From: Myxococcaceae bacterium
Lineage (GTDB): Bacteria; Myxococcota; Myxococcia; Myxococcales; Myxococcaceae
DNA: 64,000 nt
Direction: 5' to 3'
Assembly (NCBI GenBank): GCA_017881265.1
Contig: JADGRA010000012.1
Location: forward strand, 15,534-79,533
Shown: in pieces, positions 1 to 8,490 of the stretch
How positions within the stretch are numbered: the stretch's first letter is position 1
Layout of the letters: each line of letters opens with the position of its first letter
Translations under genes and position numbers: made by a program
The notes under the pieces: generated by a model
Told to the model about the DNA's origin: nothing
What the model saw: only the letters and a program-made list of their open reading frames with translations
Database searches by the model: none

Positions 1-2
1 GC

Positions 3-992
3 CTCGCCTGCTGGAAAATCGGGCCCGCGCTCGCCACCGGGTGCACGGTGGTGCTCAAGCCCTCGGAGGTGACGCCATACACGGCCATGAAGCTGGGCGA
101 GCTGGCGCGGGAGGTGGGGATTCCGGACGGCGTCCTGAACGTACTGCCCGGCGAGGGCGAGCCGGCGGGCGAGGCGCTGGCCCGCCACCCCGGAGTGGAC
201 AAGGTGGCCTTCACCGGCTCCGTCGGCACCGCGCGGCGGCTGCTGCACGCCTCGGCCGACACCAATCTCAAGCGGCTGTCCCTGGAACTCGGCGGAAAGA
301 GTCCGCAGATTGTGTGCGCGGACGCGGACTTCGCAGCAGCCGCGGACGCGTGCTTCTGGGGGATTTTCGGCTGCAAAGGCGAGGTCTGCAGCGCAGGCAG
401 CCGGGTGCTGGTGGTGGCCGAGGCCTACGAAGGCTTCGTGGCCCGGCTGGCAGAACGGGCCCGAGGCCTGCGGGTCGGCGACCCGCTCGACCCGGCGACG
501 GAGATGGGGGCCCAAATCTCCGCGCGCCACCTGGACACCATCCTCGGCTACATCGCCTCGGGACAGGCGCAGGGGGCACGGCTTTTGGCCGGCGGCGCGC
601 GGGACGTGGAGGGGACGAAGGCCAAGGGCAATTTCCTCCAGCCCACCGTCTTCGGCGAGGTGCGGGGCGGGATGCGCATCGCGGAGGAGGAGATTTTCGG
701 CCCGGTGCTGGCCTGCATGCGCGTCGCGGACGTCGCCGAGGCCGTCCGGGTGGCGAATGCCACGCGCTACGGCCTCGGGACCAGCCTGTGGACACGGGAT
801 GTGGCGCGGGGGCACGCGCTGGCGCGGCAGCTGAAGGCGGGCGTGGTGTGGATTAACTGCTTCAACGAATTCGACGACGCGGCGCCCTTTGGCGGCGTCA
901 AGGAATCCGGCTGGGGGCGCGACCTGTCGCACCACGCCCTGGACAACTACCTGGAGATGAAGACGGTGTGGACGAAGCTTCCGGTGCCCTGA
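3..992 (+). CDS. NAD(P)-dependent aldehyde dehydrogenase, C-terminal ~330 aa (5' end outside window)
   Basis: Open in frame from the window edge (LACWKIGPALATGCTVVLKPSE...). Motifs ELGGKSP, catalytic-Cys region FGCKGEVCSAGSR, EEIFGPV and PFGGVKESGWGR are typical of the ALDH superfamily. Stop at 990-992. Confidence 0.9.
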   Translation, partial: LACWKIGPALATGCTVVLKPSEVTPYTAMKLGELAREVGIPDGVLNVLPGEGEPAGEALARHPGVDKVAFTGSVGTARRLLHASADTNLKRLSLELGGKSPQIVCADADFAAAADACFWGIFGCKGEVCSAGSRVLVVAEAYEGFVARLAERARGLRVGDPLDPATEMGAQISARHLDTILGYIASGQAQGARLLAGGARDVEGTKAKGNFLQPTVFGEVRGGMRIAEEEIFGPVLACMRVADVAEAVRVANATRYGLGTSLWTRDVARGHALARQLKAGVVWINCFNEFDDAAPFGGVKESGWGRDLSHHALDNYLEMKTVWTKLPVP

Positions 993-1007
993 CCCCGGGG
1001 GGACGCT

Positions 1008-1523
1008 TCAGCGGGGCGCGGTAAAGGGGCCTCCGTCCCCCGGCGGCGGCTTGACGACTTCGCCCACGAGGGGAGGAAGCTCCTCGGTGGGGAGGAATTC
1101 CTGGGAGTCCAGCAGGGCGCGGCCCGGCAGCCGGAGGTCCATCGGGTCGAAGGCTGGCGTGGCCATGTCCACCACCTGCGAGGCGACGGTGGACGCGTCC
1201 AGACGCTGGTCGGAGAAGAGGACGCGTACCTGCACCTTGCCCTCGTCGGCGGGGATGCGGAAGCGGCGGCCGAGGACGGGCTCTCCGGCAGGGCAGGGCA
1301 CGGAGTGGTTGCTCTGCGTCATCGTCATCTGCCGCGTCACGCCCTTCTCCGACTGGGTGTAGATGAGGCAGTACGGCAGCTGGTCTGGGGCGGGGATGAA
1401 TTGCACCGTGTTGCCCGTCACCGTGCGGATTTCCATGCGGTGCTGCGGCGCCGCGGGCGTCGGCTTGCTGCATCCCCCGAGAAGGACACCAGCCCCGACG
1501 GCCACCACCAGAGTTCTCGACAT
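1008..1523 (-). CDS. Putative lipoprotein, no family recognised
   Basis: Frame of track ORF 1008..1610, trimmed to the ATG at 1523, which is preceded by GGGGAG. N-terminus MSRTLVVAVGAGVLLGGC gives a signal peptide plus lipobox. High GC3. Lies 46 nt downstream of the GT39 gene on the same strand. Confidence 0.6.
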   Translation of the reverse strand: MSRTLVVAVGAGVLLGGCSKPTPAAPQHRMEIRTVTGNTVQFIPAPDQLPYCLIYTQSEKGVTRQMTMTQSNHSVPCPAGEPVLGRRFRIPADEGKVQVRVLFSDQRLDASTVASQVVDMATPAFDPMDLRLPGRALLDSQEFLPTEELPPLVGEVVKPPPGDGGPFTAPR

Positions 1524-1569
1524 GGGGTTCTCCCCTTTGTGCGATGCGAGGGCTCGCGGGGGCAGGGGG

Positions 1570-3396
1570 TCAACGGCGTTGGTAGACGACCACCTGCGGC
1601 GTCTCGTCAATGTAGAGACCCGTCACCGGGCGATTCGTGCCGAAGGCCTGCCAGACGGCCACCTCCTGCTCACGGAATTCCTGATGGTACTGCACCACGG
1701 CGACGTCCGCATCCGCCGGGCCGCCGGCGGGCTGCAAGTCCGCGCGAAGCATCCCGTTGCGCTGGTAGTCCCGGAAGGACACCACCTCGTGGAGCCAGAC
1801 GCGGGCGCCTTGCGGCGCGTGCGCATTCACCCACCCCAGCACACCGGTGACGTTGTTGCTCCAGTACTGCCGCTGCATGCCCAAGGAGGCCGCACCGGGA
1901 ACTCCGCCCGCCAGCTCCCCGTACGCACTCGTCCCGTAGGGATGCAGGTGGGCGGTCAGCGTCGCCGCCGGCAACAGCAGCAGCGCCCCGAGGACGGGCG
2001 TCACGGCCGCCCGGGGCAGCCGCGGCACCCGTTGGGCGAGGAAGGCGGCGAGGGCGTCGCCTGCCAGCTGCACCTGGCGCCCGGCCAGCAGGGCCAGAAA
2101 CGGCATGGAGGGCAGCCAGTGCTTCACGCCACCGAAGTGCGGCACGTCCGGGAAGGAGATGAGGACGATGGAGGCCAGGGCGTTGAAGCCCACCAGCACC
2201 TCGGAGGCGCTCGCCGGCGCGCCCAGGCGCGACCGAGAGGCCGAGCGCAGGCCAGCCAGGGCACGCAGTCCGAGGGACAGCAGGCCAACGCCCATCGGCG
2301 CCAACAGGGAGACGGGGAGGGTAAGGGCCGTCACCACCAGCACGTAGGTGAGGGGAAAGGGCGGCTCGCGTAGCACCGTGCCGAGGTACGTCCAGGCGTA
2401 GTGCACGTGGGTGGCGTGAAAGGCGAGGTAGGCGGCGAAGCGGTCCACCGGGTGGTACCAGAGCCACGGCCACACCGCGTACAGGCCGGCCGGGCCCAGC
2501 AGCGCCATGGCGCCGAGCGGCGCCACGGCGCGAAAGGTGGCGGCGTCGGCGCGGGACAGGCGCAGGCCCAGGGTGCACAGGGCCGCGGCCAGCAGGGCCA
2601 CCACGGCGGTGGCCGGGCTGAGGAGATTCCAGCTGCGCACAAACCCTTCGGGGGTGAGCACCAGCACCAACAGGCCGAGGAGGGCGGCGGCCGCGCAGAC
2701 GACGAGCAGCCCCTGCTGCAGCAGCGCCCGCGCCGCGGGCTTCCCCCGGCTGGCACGCAGCGCGCGCGCCACGACGAAGGGCAGCAGCACCGGCGGCAGA
2801 AACAGCGCGTTGTGCTTGGTGGCCAGCGCCGCGCCGAAAAGAAGGCCTGTCCACAGCCACCACCCGGCGTCCGTCTCGGCGCGCCAGAAGGCGTACACCA
2901 CCAAAAGCCAGAGCGCCGCCACCGGCATGTCGAAGCAGGCCAGGTGGGCATGAAAGAAGTGGCGCGGGATGGCCAGGAAGCACAAGGCGGCGAACAGCCC
3001 GGCCCGGCGGCCGTACAGCACGGCCCCCCAAGCGTGCAGGACGGCGGGAATGCAGGCCGCTAGGGCGAAGGCCGGCAGGCGGAAGCCGGCGGCTGGCCGC
3101 ACCAAGCCCAAGCCCTGGTGAAAGAGTTGGAAGGAGAGGCCGAACAGCAGCTTCATGCCGGCCGGGTGCTCGTGGTTGAAGTCGAAGGCCTGGGTGGTGA
3201 TGGCGTCCGTCACCGCCCGTCCGGGCGCCACCAAGAGGTAATGCAGCCAGCGCACCGCCTGCTCCCCGGCAGCGAAGTAGACGCTCTCGTCCCGGACGAA
3301 GCCCACCGCCGCCTCGGTGGCCCACAACAGGGCGAAGCTGCCGAGGAACAGGCCGAAGGCCAGACGCCGGTCCGTGCGGCTCGGGGCCCGGCTCAC
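1570..3396 (-). CDS. GT-C fold glycosyltransferase, family 39 / PMT_2 (ArnT-like) membrane protein
   Basis: Frame of track ORF 1570..4137. Start set to GTG 3396, which overlaps the upstream stop (GTGA). Many TM helices follow (FDFNHEHPAGMKLLFGL..., ...ALATKHNALFLPPVLL...), then a soluble C-terminal domain. The N-terminal 250 aa of the track ORF is a P/R/G-rich shadow overlapping the real upstream gene. Confidence 0.8.
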   Translation of the reverse strand: MSRAPSRTDRRLAFGLFLGSFALLWATEAAVGFVRDESVYFAAGEQAVRWLHYLLVAPGRAVTDAITTQAFDFNHEHPAGMKLLFGLSFQLFHQGLGLVRPAAGFRLPAFALAACIPAVLHAWGAVLYGRRAGLFAALCFLAIPRHFFHAHLACFDMPVAALWLLVVYAFWRAETDAGWWLWTGLLFGAALATKHNALFLPPVLLPFVVARALRASRGKPAARALLQQGLLVVCAAAALLGLLVLVLTPEGFVRSWNLLSPATAVVALLAAALCTLGLRLSRADAATFRAVAPLGAMALLGPAGLYAVWPWLWYHPVDRFAAYLAFHATHVHYAWTYLGTVLREPPFPLTYVLVVTALTLPVSLLAPMGVGLLSLGLRALAGLRSASRSRLGAPASASEVLVGFNALASIVLISFPDVPHFGGVKHWLPSMPFLALLAGRQVQLAGDALAAFLAQRVPRLPRAAVTPVLGALLLLPAATLTAHLHPYGTSAYGELAGGVPGAASLGMQRQYWSNNVTGVLGWVNAHAPQGARVWLHEVVSFRDYQRNGMLRADLQPAGGPADADVAVVQYHQEFREQEVAVWQAFGTNRPVTGLYIDETPQVVVYQRR

Positions 3397-4391
3397 GGCG
3401 CCGCCGCCTTCTCGGCGTCCAAGGCCCGAAGCAGAATACAGGCCTCCCGCTCGTGGGCATTGTCCGACTGGACCCGCAGCCGCAGGCGCCGCGTGCCCCC
3501 CGGTGCCTCGGCCGCGACGAAGCCCTCGCGTCCCGGCGGCACCGTCACCGACGCCAGCCCGGCGCCCGTGTCCGCGTCGGCCACTTCGGCATGGAGCGGC
3601 GTCAAATGGCTTCCGTGCTTCCAGGCATGTTCCCAGACGATGGCCGCCTCCAGGCGCACCGCGGCCGATGACGGCACGGCCTCGAAGGTGACGTCGACCG
3701 CGCCGGGCCCGCCCGGCGGAATCACGAAGAGGCAGCGGCTCGGGCGGTACAGCACCTCGTGCCAGCTCGCCTCGACGCGGGCACCGCCCGGACAGCGGAA
3801 GCCCGCGCCCTCGCGCAGGCACTCCACGCGTCCTCCACCGGGAAGCTCCACCGCCGCAGAGGCCGTCGGCAGCGCCTCGCTGGCCACAAAGCGTACCGGA
3901 CGGGCTCGCCCATTCCGGTACAGCCTCAGCACCAGGGGCCCAAAGCGGCGGTCCGGGCCGAGGGGAGTGCGGCCCGGGAGGAAGCCCCTGGCGAAGGCGT
4001 CGGCGGGGGTGCGCGGCAGCGCCGGCTGCGACAGCACCCAGATGCGGGGGTGTTCCACCAGCGCGTCGCCCTCGTCGCCGAGGTAGGCGGTGACGCTCAG
4101 CCCCTCCGGGAGGAAGAGGCGCGCGCGCTCCGTCCACCAGGGGTGCAGCAGCACTACGTCGCCGGCTTGGGCCTCGCGGGCAAGCACCTCTGCCACCGCG
4201 CGCTCATCGGCGTCCTGGGGCAGCACGCTCGGCAGCCAGGCCTGAAACCCCAGGGCCAGCAGTGCCACCACGAGGAAGCCCGCGCCCTCGGCGGCGGCCA
4301 GGCGCGGCGCAGCAGACTCAGGACTTGGCAAGGCGGATTTTCTGCTCGCTCTTCTCGCGGCAGAACGTGTCGAAGATGGCGTCCCCGGCAC
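3393..4391 (-). CDS. Hypothetical membrane-anchored protein (single N-terminal TM, Cys-containing extracytoplasmic domain)
   Basis: 332-aa ORF with high GC3 and a TM segment GAGFLVVALLALGFQAWL. Its stop overlaps the GT39 GTG start. The start is uncertain: ATG 4391 overlaps the carG-like gene by 74 nt, and the alternative in-frame GTG near 4271 would cut the TM helix. Confidence 0.6.
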   Translation of the reverse strand: MPGTPSSTRSAARRASRKSALPSPESAAPRLAAAEGAGFLVVALLALGFQAWLPSVLPQDADERAVAEVLAREAQAGDVVLLHPWWTERARLFLPEGLSVTAYLGDEGDALVEHPRIWVLSQPALPRTPADAFARGFLPGRTPLGPDRRFGPLVLRLYRNGRARPVRFVASEALPTASAAVELPGGGRVECLREGAGFRCPGGARVEASWHEVLYRPSRCLFVIPPGGPGAVDVTFEAVPSSAAVRLEAAIVWEHAWKHGSHLTPLHAEVADADTGAGLASVTVPPGREGFVAAEAPGGTRRLRLRVQSDNAHEREACILLRALDAEKAAAP

Positions 4392-4830
4392 CGAACGACG
4401 GAGTCCAGGGCGGGTACATGGCGCAGCGCGGGTCCAGGCAGTGGTGCAAGTCCCAGCAGTGGCCGAGCTGGTGCATGGCGTGGCGGGCCACCAGCTTCAG
4501 CGAGGCCTCGAGGTCCTTGATGGCCACCGTGGTGATGAGCGCGCGCTGGCCGCCATACTGCGCGAAGCCGTGCGTCGGCGCCGTCCCGGAGACGAGGGTA
4601 CGTTCCTGCAGCGGGCGCGCCGTGAGGTAGAGAACCCGGTCATCGGCGTACAGCTTGGGCGCCGGGGCGGCGCGGACGAGGGCCCCGGCGTCGAAGGGTG
4701 CCGTCAGCCCGGCTGGCAGCTCCATGTCCCCGGCGCTATCGCAGCCCACGCCGAAGGCCTGGTACAGAAGCCGGCACAGCCGCTGGACGGCCACCGGCTC
4801 ATGCGGGTCGAGGGTGACGACGCGAATCAC
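4318..4830 (-). CDS. carG: CarG-like zinc protein with archaemetzincin-type H/C-rich motif (catalytic Glu replaced by Gln)
   Basis: C-terminal 170 aa of track ORF 4318..5859. GTG 4830 overlaps the carD stop (GTGA). Motif HQLGHCWDLHHCLDPRCAM matches the archaemetzincin HExxHxxGxxHCxxxxCxM pattern except E->Q. Position directly after carD matches the known M. xanthus carD-carG operon. Confidence 0.75.
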   Translation of the reverse strand: MIRVVTLDPHEPVAVQRLCRLLYQAFGVGCDSAGDMELPAGLTAPFDAGALVRAAPAPKLYADDRVLYLTARPLQERTLVSGTAPTHGFAQYGGQRALITTVAIKDLEASLKLVARHAMHQLGHCWDLHHCLDPRCAMYPPWTPSFGAGDAIFDTFCREKSEQKIRLAKS

Positions 4831-5684
4831 CGCCTCTTCCCTCCCTTCGCCGTGGGCTTCTTCGCCTTGGCGGCCGGCTTGGCCTTGGGCTTGGCCGCCG
4901 GCTTCTTCTTGGCGGCCGGTTTGGCCTTGGCCTTGGCCTTGGCCGGCGCGCTCTTCGCTTTGGGCGCCGGCTTCTTGGGCTTGGCCTTGGCGTGCGCCGT
5001 GACGGCGGGCGTGGCCGCCTCGGCCTCCTCCTCGGTGGCTTCTGCCTCGCCCGCGCCTTCCTCCGGGACAATCTCGAGGTCCGCGTCCAGGTCCAGCATC
5101 TCGTCGCCCAGGGTCTCGAGGTCGACCTCCTCTGGCGGTCGCGCGAACTCCTCCACGGTGCGCTTGGGACGCTCGCGGCCGGGTGGAAACAGCACCAGGT
5201 CGAAGGTGTCCTCGGCATCGCAGCCTGGTGCATCGAGGGCGGCCGCCAGCTCGGCCACCAGCAGGTGGCGCGCGTTGTCGTAGAGCTCGCGCTCCTTGGT
5301 GGGCAGCGGGCGCAGCTCGCTCAGCACCGCCAGCCCCTTCACCACCTCGGCCAGGCCCAGCACACCGCCCTGGCTCATCCGCTCGACGTTGGTGCGTGCG
5401 CGCTGCTTCCAGTCGAGCGTGGCCCGGTCGCTGTCGGAGCGCAGAAAGGCCACCACCTGCTCCACCTCCTGCCGTCCCGCCACCTTGCGCACGCCAATGG
5501 CCTGCACCTTGGCCTCGGGGACCATCACCACCGCGCCATCCTCCTCCCGGCGCAGGGTGACGAAGGTGAGCCGCTGCCCGGCCACTTCCTTCGCCTCGAC
5601 GCTGGTGACGCGGCAGACGCCCTGGTTCGGGTAGACCACGCGATCGCCCACGGCGAGCTTGAGGGGCGGCGCTTGGTCTGACAT
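4827..5684 (-). CDS. carD: CarD global transcriptional regulator: N-terminal CarD_CdnL_TRCF domain, acidic linker, Lys/Ala/Pro-rich histone-H1-like tail
   Basis: N-terminus LKLAVGDRVVYPNQGVCRVTSVEAKEVAGQRLTFVTLRREEDGAVVMVP is the RNAP-interacting CarD/CdnL fold. It is followed by an acidic stretch (EEVDLETLGDEMLDLDADLEIVPEEGAGEAEATEEEAE), then AKAKPKKPAPKAKSAPAKAKAKAKPAAKKKPAAKPKAKPAAKAKKPTAKGGKRR. No RGRP AT-hooks. Confidence 0.9.
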   Translation of the reverse strand: MSDQAPPLKLAVGDRVVYPNQGVCRVTSVEAKEVAGQRLTFVTLRREEDGAVVMVPEAKVQAIGVRKVAGRQEVEQVVAFLRSDSDRATLDWKQRARTNVERMSQGGVLGLAEVVKGLAVLSELRPLPTKERELYDNARHLLVAELAAALDAPGCDAEDTFDLVLFPPGRERPKRTVEEFARPPEEVDLETLGDEMLDLDADLEIVPEEGAGEAEATEEEAEAATPAVTAHAKAKPKKPAPKAKSAPAKAKAKAKPAAKKKPAAKPKAKPAAKAKKPTAKGGKRR

Positions 5685-5740
5685 GCCGGGGCCGGGTTCC
5701 TACACCATCCCTTCGGGCCCCGCCATGCCTACCGCTGCTG

Positions 5741-6178
5741 TCAGTCGCCGACCAGCTCCCGGACGACCGCCTGCAGGGCGCGCGGGTCGAAGGGCTTGTC
5801 CATCCGGTGGCGGGCGACGTGTTCCAGGAAGCTTTCGGCTGCCTCGGTGAAGGCGCCACCGGTGATGAAGACCATCCGCTCGGCCAGCTCGGGCCTGGTC
5901 CGGACGAGGGTCTGGTGCAACTCCATGCCCGTCATGCCCGGCATCATCAAGTCGCAGAGGACGACGTCGAAGGGGCGCGGGGAATCCAGCGCGCTGAGCG
6001 CCGCCTCGCCGCTCTGCACCACCACCACGTCGTGCTCGCGGCTGAGCAGCCGGCGCGCGGAGGCCCCGATGAGCGGCTCGTCGTCCACCACCAGGACGTA
6101 GCCGCGCCGGCGGGCCACCCCGCGGTGCCGGGGGGCGGAAACCTCCAGCAGTGCGTGCGCGCCGTCGTCGAAGCCCAT
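5741..6178 (-). CDS. Stand-alone response-regulator receiver (CheY-like) protein
   Basis: VLVVDDEP, phospho-acceptor context DVVLCDLMMPGMTG, FITGG and DKPF are the canonical REC signatures. No output domain. Confidence 0.85.
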   Translation of the reverse strand: MGFDDGAHALLEVSAPRHRGVARRRGYVLVVDDEPLIGASARRLLSREHDVVVVQSGEAALSALDSPRPFDVVLCDLMMPGMTGMELHQTLVRTRPELAERMVFITGGAFTEAAESFLEHVARHRMDKPFDPRALQAVVRELVGD

Positions 6179-6314
6179 GCTGCTTCCCTCTCTTGCGAAG
6201 GCGAGGCCAAGGGCACAAGCAACCGAATTCCGATGGGTTACGCCGACGGCCCTGCAGTCAGTCGCCCCTGCCTGAGGCGGCGGGGACCCGCGAAGGGCGG
6301 ACGGGCCAGGCCCC

Positions 6315-7478
6315 TTAGGAGGCGCCCGACCGGCGCTTGGACCGGGGCACGGGCGTCGCCGCCCCCGGGCCCGCGGGGGCCTGCGACAGCGCCTGCAGGG
6401 TGGCGGCGTTCACCGCCGGCGCGGTGGGGGCAGACAGGGTGTGCCCGGCGTCGGTGTCGGGCGCCGGCGGGCGCCCGCCGCGCCGCCAGGTGGGTACCTG
6501 TTCCAGGACACGGCGCGCCTGGCGCAACTGGACGCCGGCGGCGAGCAACTCCGGCTCGAAGAGGAACGCCATCAACTCTCCCAGCGAGCGGCTGCTGACG
6601 CGGACGCCGCCGTGGTGCAGGTGCTCGCCCAGCGCGTGGCCGAAGGCCTCGGCGCTGGCGTAGCGGCCGTCGGCCGTGGGGGCCATGGCGGTCAGCACAA
6701 TCCGCTCGAGCTCCTCGGAGAGGCCAGGGTTGAGGGTGCGCGGCGCGGGGAAGTCGCCGCGCAGAATGCTCTGCATGGTCTGCACCATCTTCCCCTCGTG
6801 GGGCAGGCGCCCGCAGCACATCTGGTACAGCACGACGCCGGTGGCGTAGATGTCGGTGCGGAGGTCGACGTCGTCCCCCCGCGCCTGCTCCGGCGAGAAG
6901 TAGGGGTACTTGCCCTTCACCGCGCCCTCGCGCAGCTCCGAGTCGGTGGCCCCCCGCGCCCGGGCGATGCCGAAGTCGACCAGCTTCACCTCCCCCTCGT
7001 AGCCGATGATGACGTTTTGGGGGGAGACGTCGCGGTGGATGATGTTCAACGGATGGTGCAGCTCATCCGTCCGGGTGTGCGCGTACTGCAGCCCCTTGCT
7101 CATCTCCTGCGCGATGAAGACGGCGTACTCCTCCGGCAGCCAGGGCAGCCCCAGCGCGTGCGCGCGGCGGATGACTTTGGACAGGGGCTGGCCCCGCACG
7201 TACTCCATGGCCAGGTAGTACTCGCCGTCGACCTCGCCGAAGTCGAACACCTGGGCGATGTTGCCGTGGCTGAGCGTGACGGCAATGCGGGCCTCGTTGA
7301 TGAACATCCGGACGAAGTCGCGCTGGCCAGCGAAGGCGGGAAGAATCTTCTTCACCACCACCGCCTTGGTGACGCCTGCCGCGGCAACCTTGCGCGCCCG
7401 GTACAGCTCCGCCATCCCGCCCACGGCGAGGCGCTCCAGCAGCTGGTAGCGACCAAACGGGACCGGCGTTTCCTGCAT
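6315..7478 (-). CDS. Ser/Thr protein kinase (Hanks type)
   Basis: Track ORF 6315..7712 trimmed to ATG 7478 (MQETPVPFGRYQLLERLAVGGMAELY...). Contains VVVKKI (Lys subdomain II), HRDVSPQNV (catalytic loop), DFGIA and YFSPEQ. The C-terminal tail is low-complexity. Confidence 0.9.
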   Translation of the reverse strand: MQETPVPFGRYQLLERLAVGGMAELYRARKVAAAGVTKAVVVKKILPAFAGQRDFVRMFINEARIAVTLSHGNIAQVFDFGEVDGEYYLAMEYVRGQPLSKVIRRAHALGLPWLPEEYAVFIAQEMSKGLQYAHTRTDELHHPLNIIHRDVSPQNVIIGYEGEVKLVDFGIARARGATDSELREGAVKGKYPYFSPEQARGDDVDLRTDIYATGVVLYQMCCGRLPHEGKMVQTMQSILRGDFPAPRTLNPGLSEELERIVLTAMAPTADGRYASAEAFGHALGEHLHHGGVRVSSRSLGELMAFLFEPELLAAGVQLRQARRVLEQVPTWRRGGRPPAPDTDAGHTLSAPTAPAVNAATLQALSQAPAGPGAATPVPRSKRRSGAS

Positions 7479-7641
7479 GGCGTGCAAGCGTAACACGCAG
7501 GGCACGGGGGGCCCGGCCCGCCGGTGCGTGAGCGCCGGCGCGCCCGCGTTCCGTCCCCAGCAAGCACCCGGAATTCCGTGCGCGACGTTGCATGGGTTCC
7601 GCTTGCGGTGGAACGGCGGCAACCGCCTACACTGCCAAGGA

Positions 7642-8445
7642 ATGGGTCTTCGCTGTCTCCTCTGCGTCGCGGGACTCCTCGGTTGTGAGCAGCCGAAGGC
7701 GCCGCCGCTCAAGACGCTGGCCCCGGCGCCGCTGTTGCCGCTGCAGCCGAATGCGGCGGCGGACGCTGGACGGGAGGCCGCCTACCGCGTGGAGCCGGCG
7801 GCGGTGTGGGGACCCGCGCTGCCGGTCGGTGCCGTGCGGCTTCTGCTGCAGGGCCCGGCGGTGCAGCTTGCGGACGGCCGCGTCGACGTCGAGAGTGCCG
7901 AGGGGCGCGCCCACGTGCTGGCCGCGGTGGGCCAGCGGCCGGTGCTTCTCGTCCCTGACGCCACCACCTACCTGGCCCAGGTGGCCCCGCTGCTGGCGGC
8001 ACTGGACGATGGGGCGGTCCCGACGTGGCTGGTCCACCCGAGCGGCCAGGTGGCCTTCCCGCTGACGCTGCGGGACGCCCGGGCCTTCGACGCCTGGCTT
8101 CACCTTCCTGCGCCCGGGGCGCTGCGCATCATCCAGCGGCAGGACGGACTGGAACTGGTGAGCAACGTCGGCAAGCTGCCCGGTGGGGACGCCAACGGGC
8201 CCACCGTCCCGCGGCGGGGAGGGCAGCCGGACGTGGCCCTGGCCCGCGAGGGGCTACAGCGGATGAAGAGCCGCTTTCCGGAGGCAGAAGGCCTGTGCGT
8301 GGTTCCCTCGTTCGCGACGGAACTACGCGAGACGGCCGCGCTCCTCACCGCCGCCTGGGCGGCCCCGGACCGGCCCCTCTTCGGCTCGCTCTGTCTCGTG
8401 TACCCGCGTCCGCCAGGCTGGCGCGCGGCCCCCGGCCCGCGTTAA
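7642..8445 (+). CDS. Putative lipoprotein, no family recognised
   Basis: Track ORF 7477..8445 trimmed to ATG 7642. MGLRCLLCVAGLLGCEQ gives a signal peptide plus lipobox (LLGC). High GC3. Confidence 0.6.
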   Translation: MGLRCLLCVAGLLGCEQPKAPPLKTLAPAPLLPLQPNAAADAGREAAYRVEPAAVWGPALPVGAVRLLLQGPAVQLADGRVDVESAEGRAHVLAAVGQRPVLLVPDATTYLAQVAPLLAALDDGAVPTWLVHPSGQVAFPLTLRDARAFDAWLHLPAPGALRIIQRQDGLELVSNVGKLPGGDANGPTVPRRGGQPDVALAREGLQRMKSRFPEAEGLCVVPSFATELRETAALLTAAWAAPDRPLFGSLCLVYPRPPGWRAAPGPR

Positions 8446-8490
8446 GAGCCAGCATTGACATCCAAGTCAGTCCCCGCAAGAGGTGCCCCC

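Noticed and set aside
3397-4137. N-terminal extensions of real genes in the ORF track: GT39 to 4137, carG to 5859, kinase to 7712, murB to 33769, ftsA to 35948, ftsZ to 37591, murF/murD/ftsW/murC/rsmH upstream extensions, and NodT to 13433.
   Set aside because: The extensions overlap the preceding, clearly real gene and translate to Arg/Pro-rich junk. Internal GTG/ATG starts that abut or overlap the upstream stop give protein lengths typical of each family.
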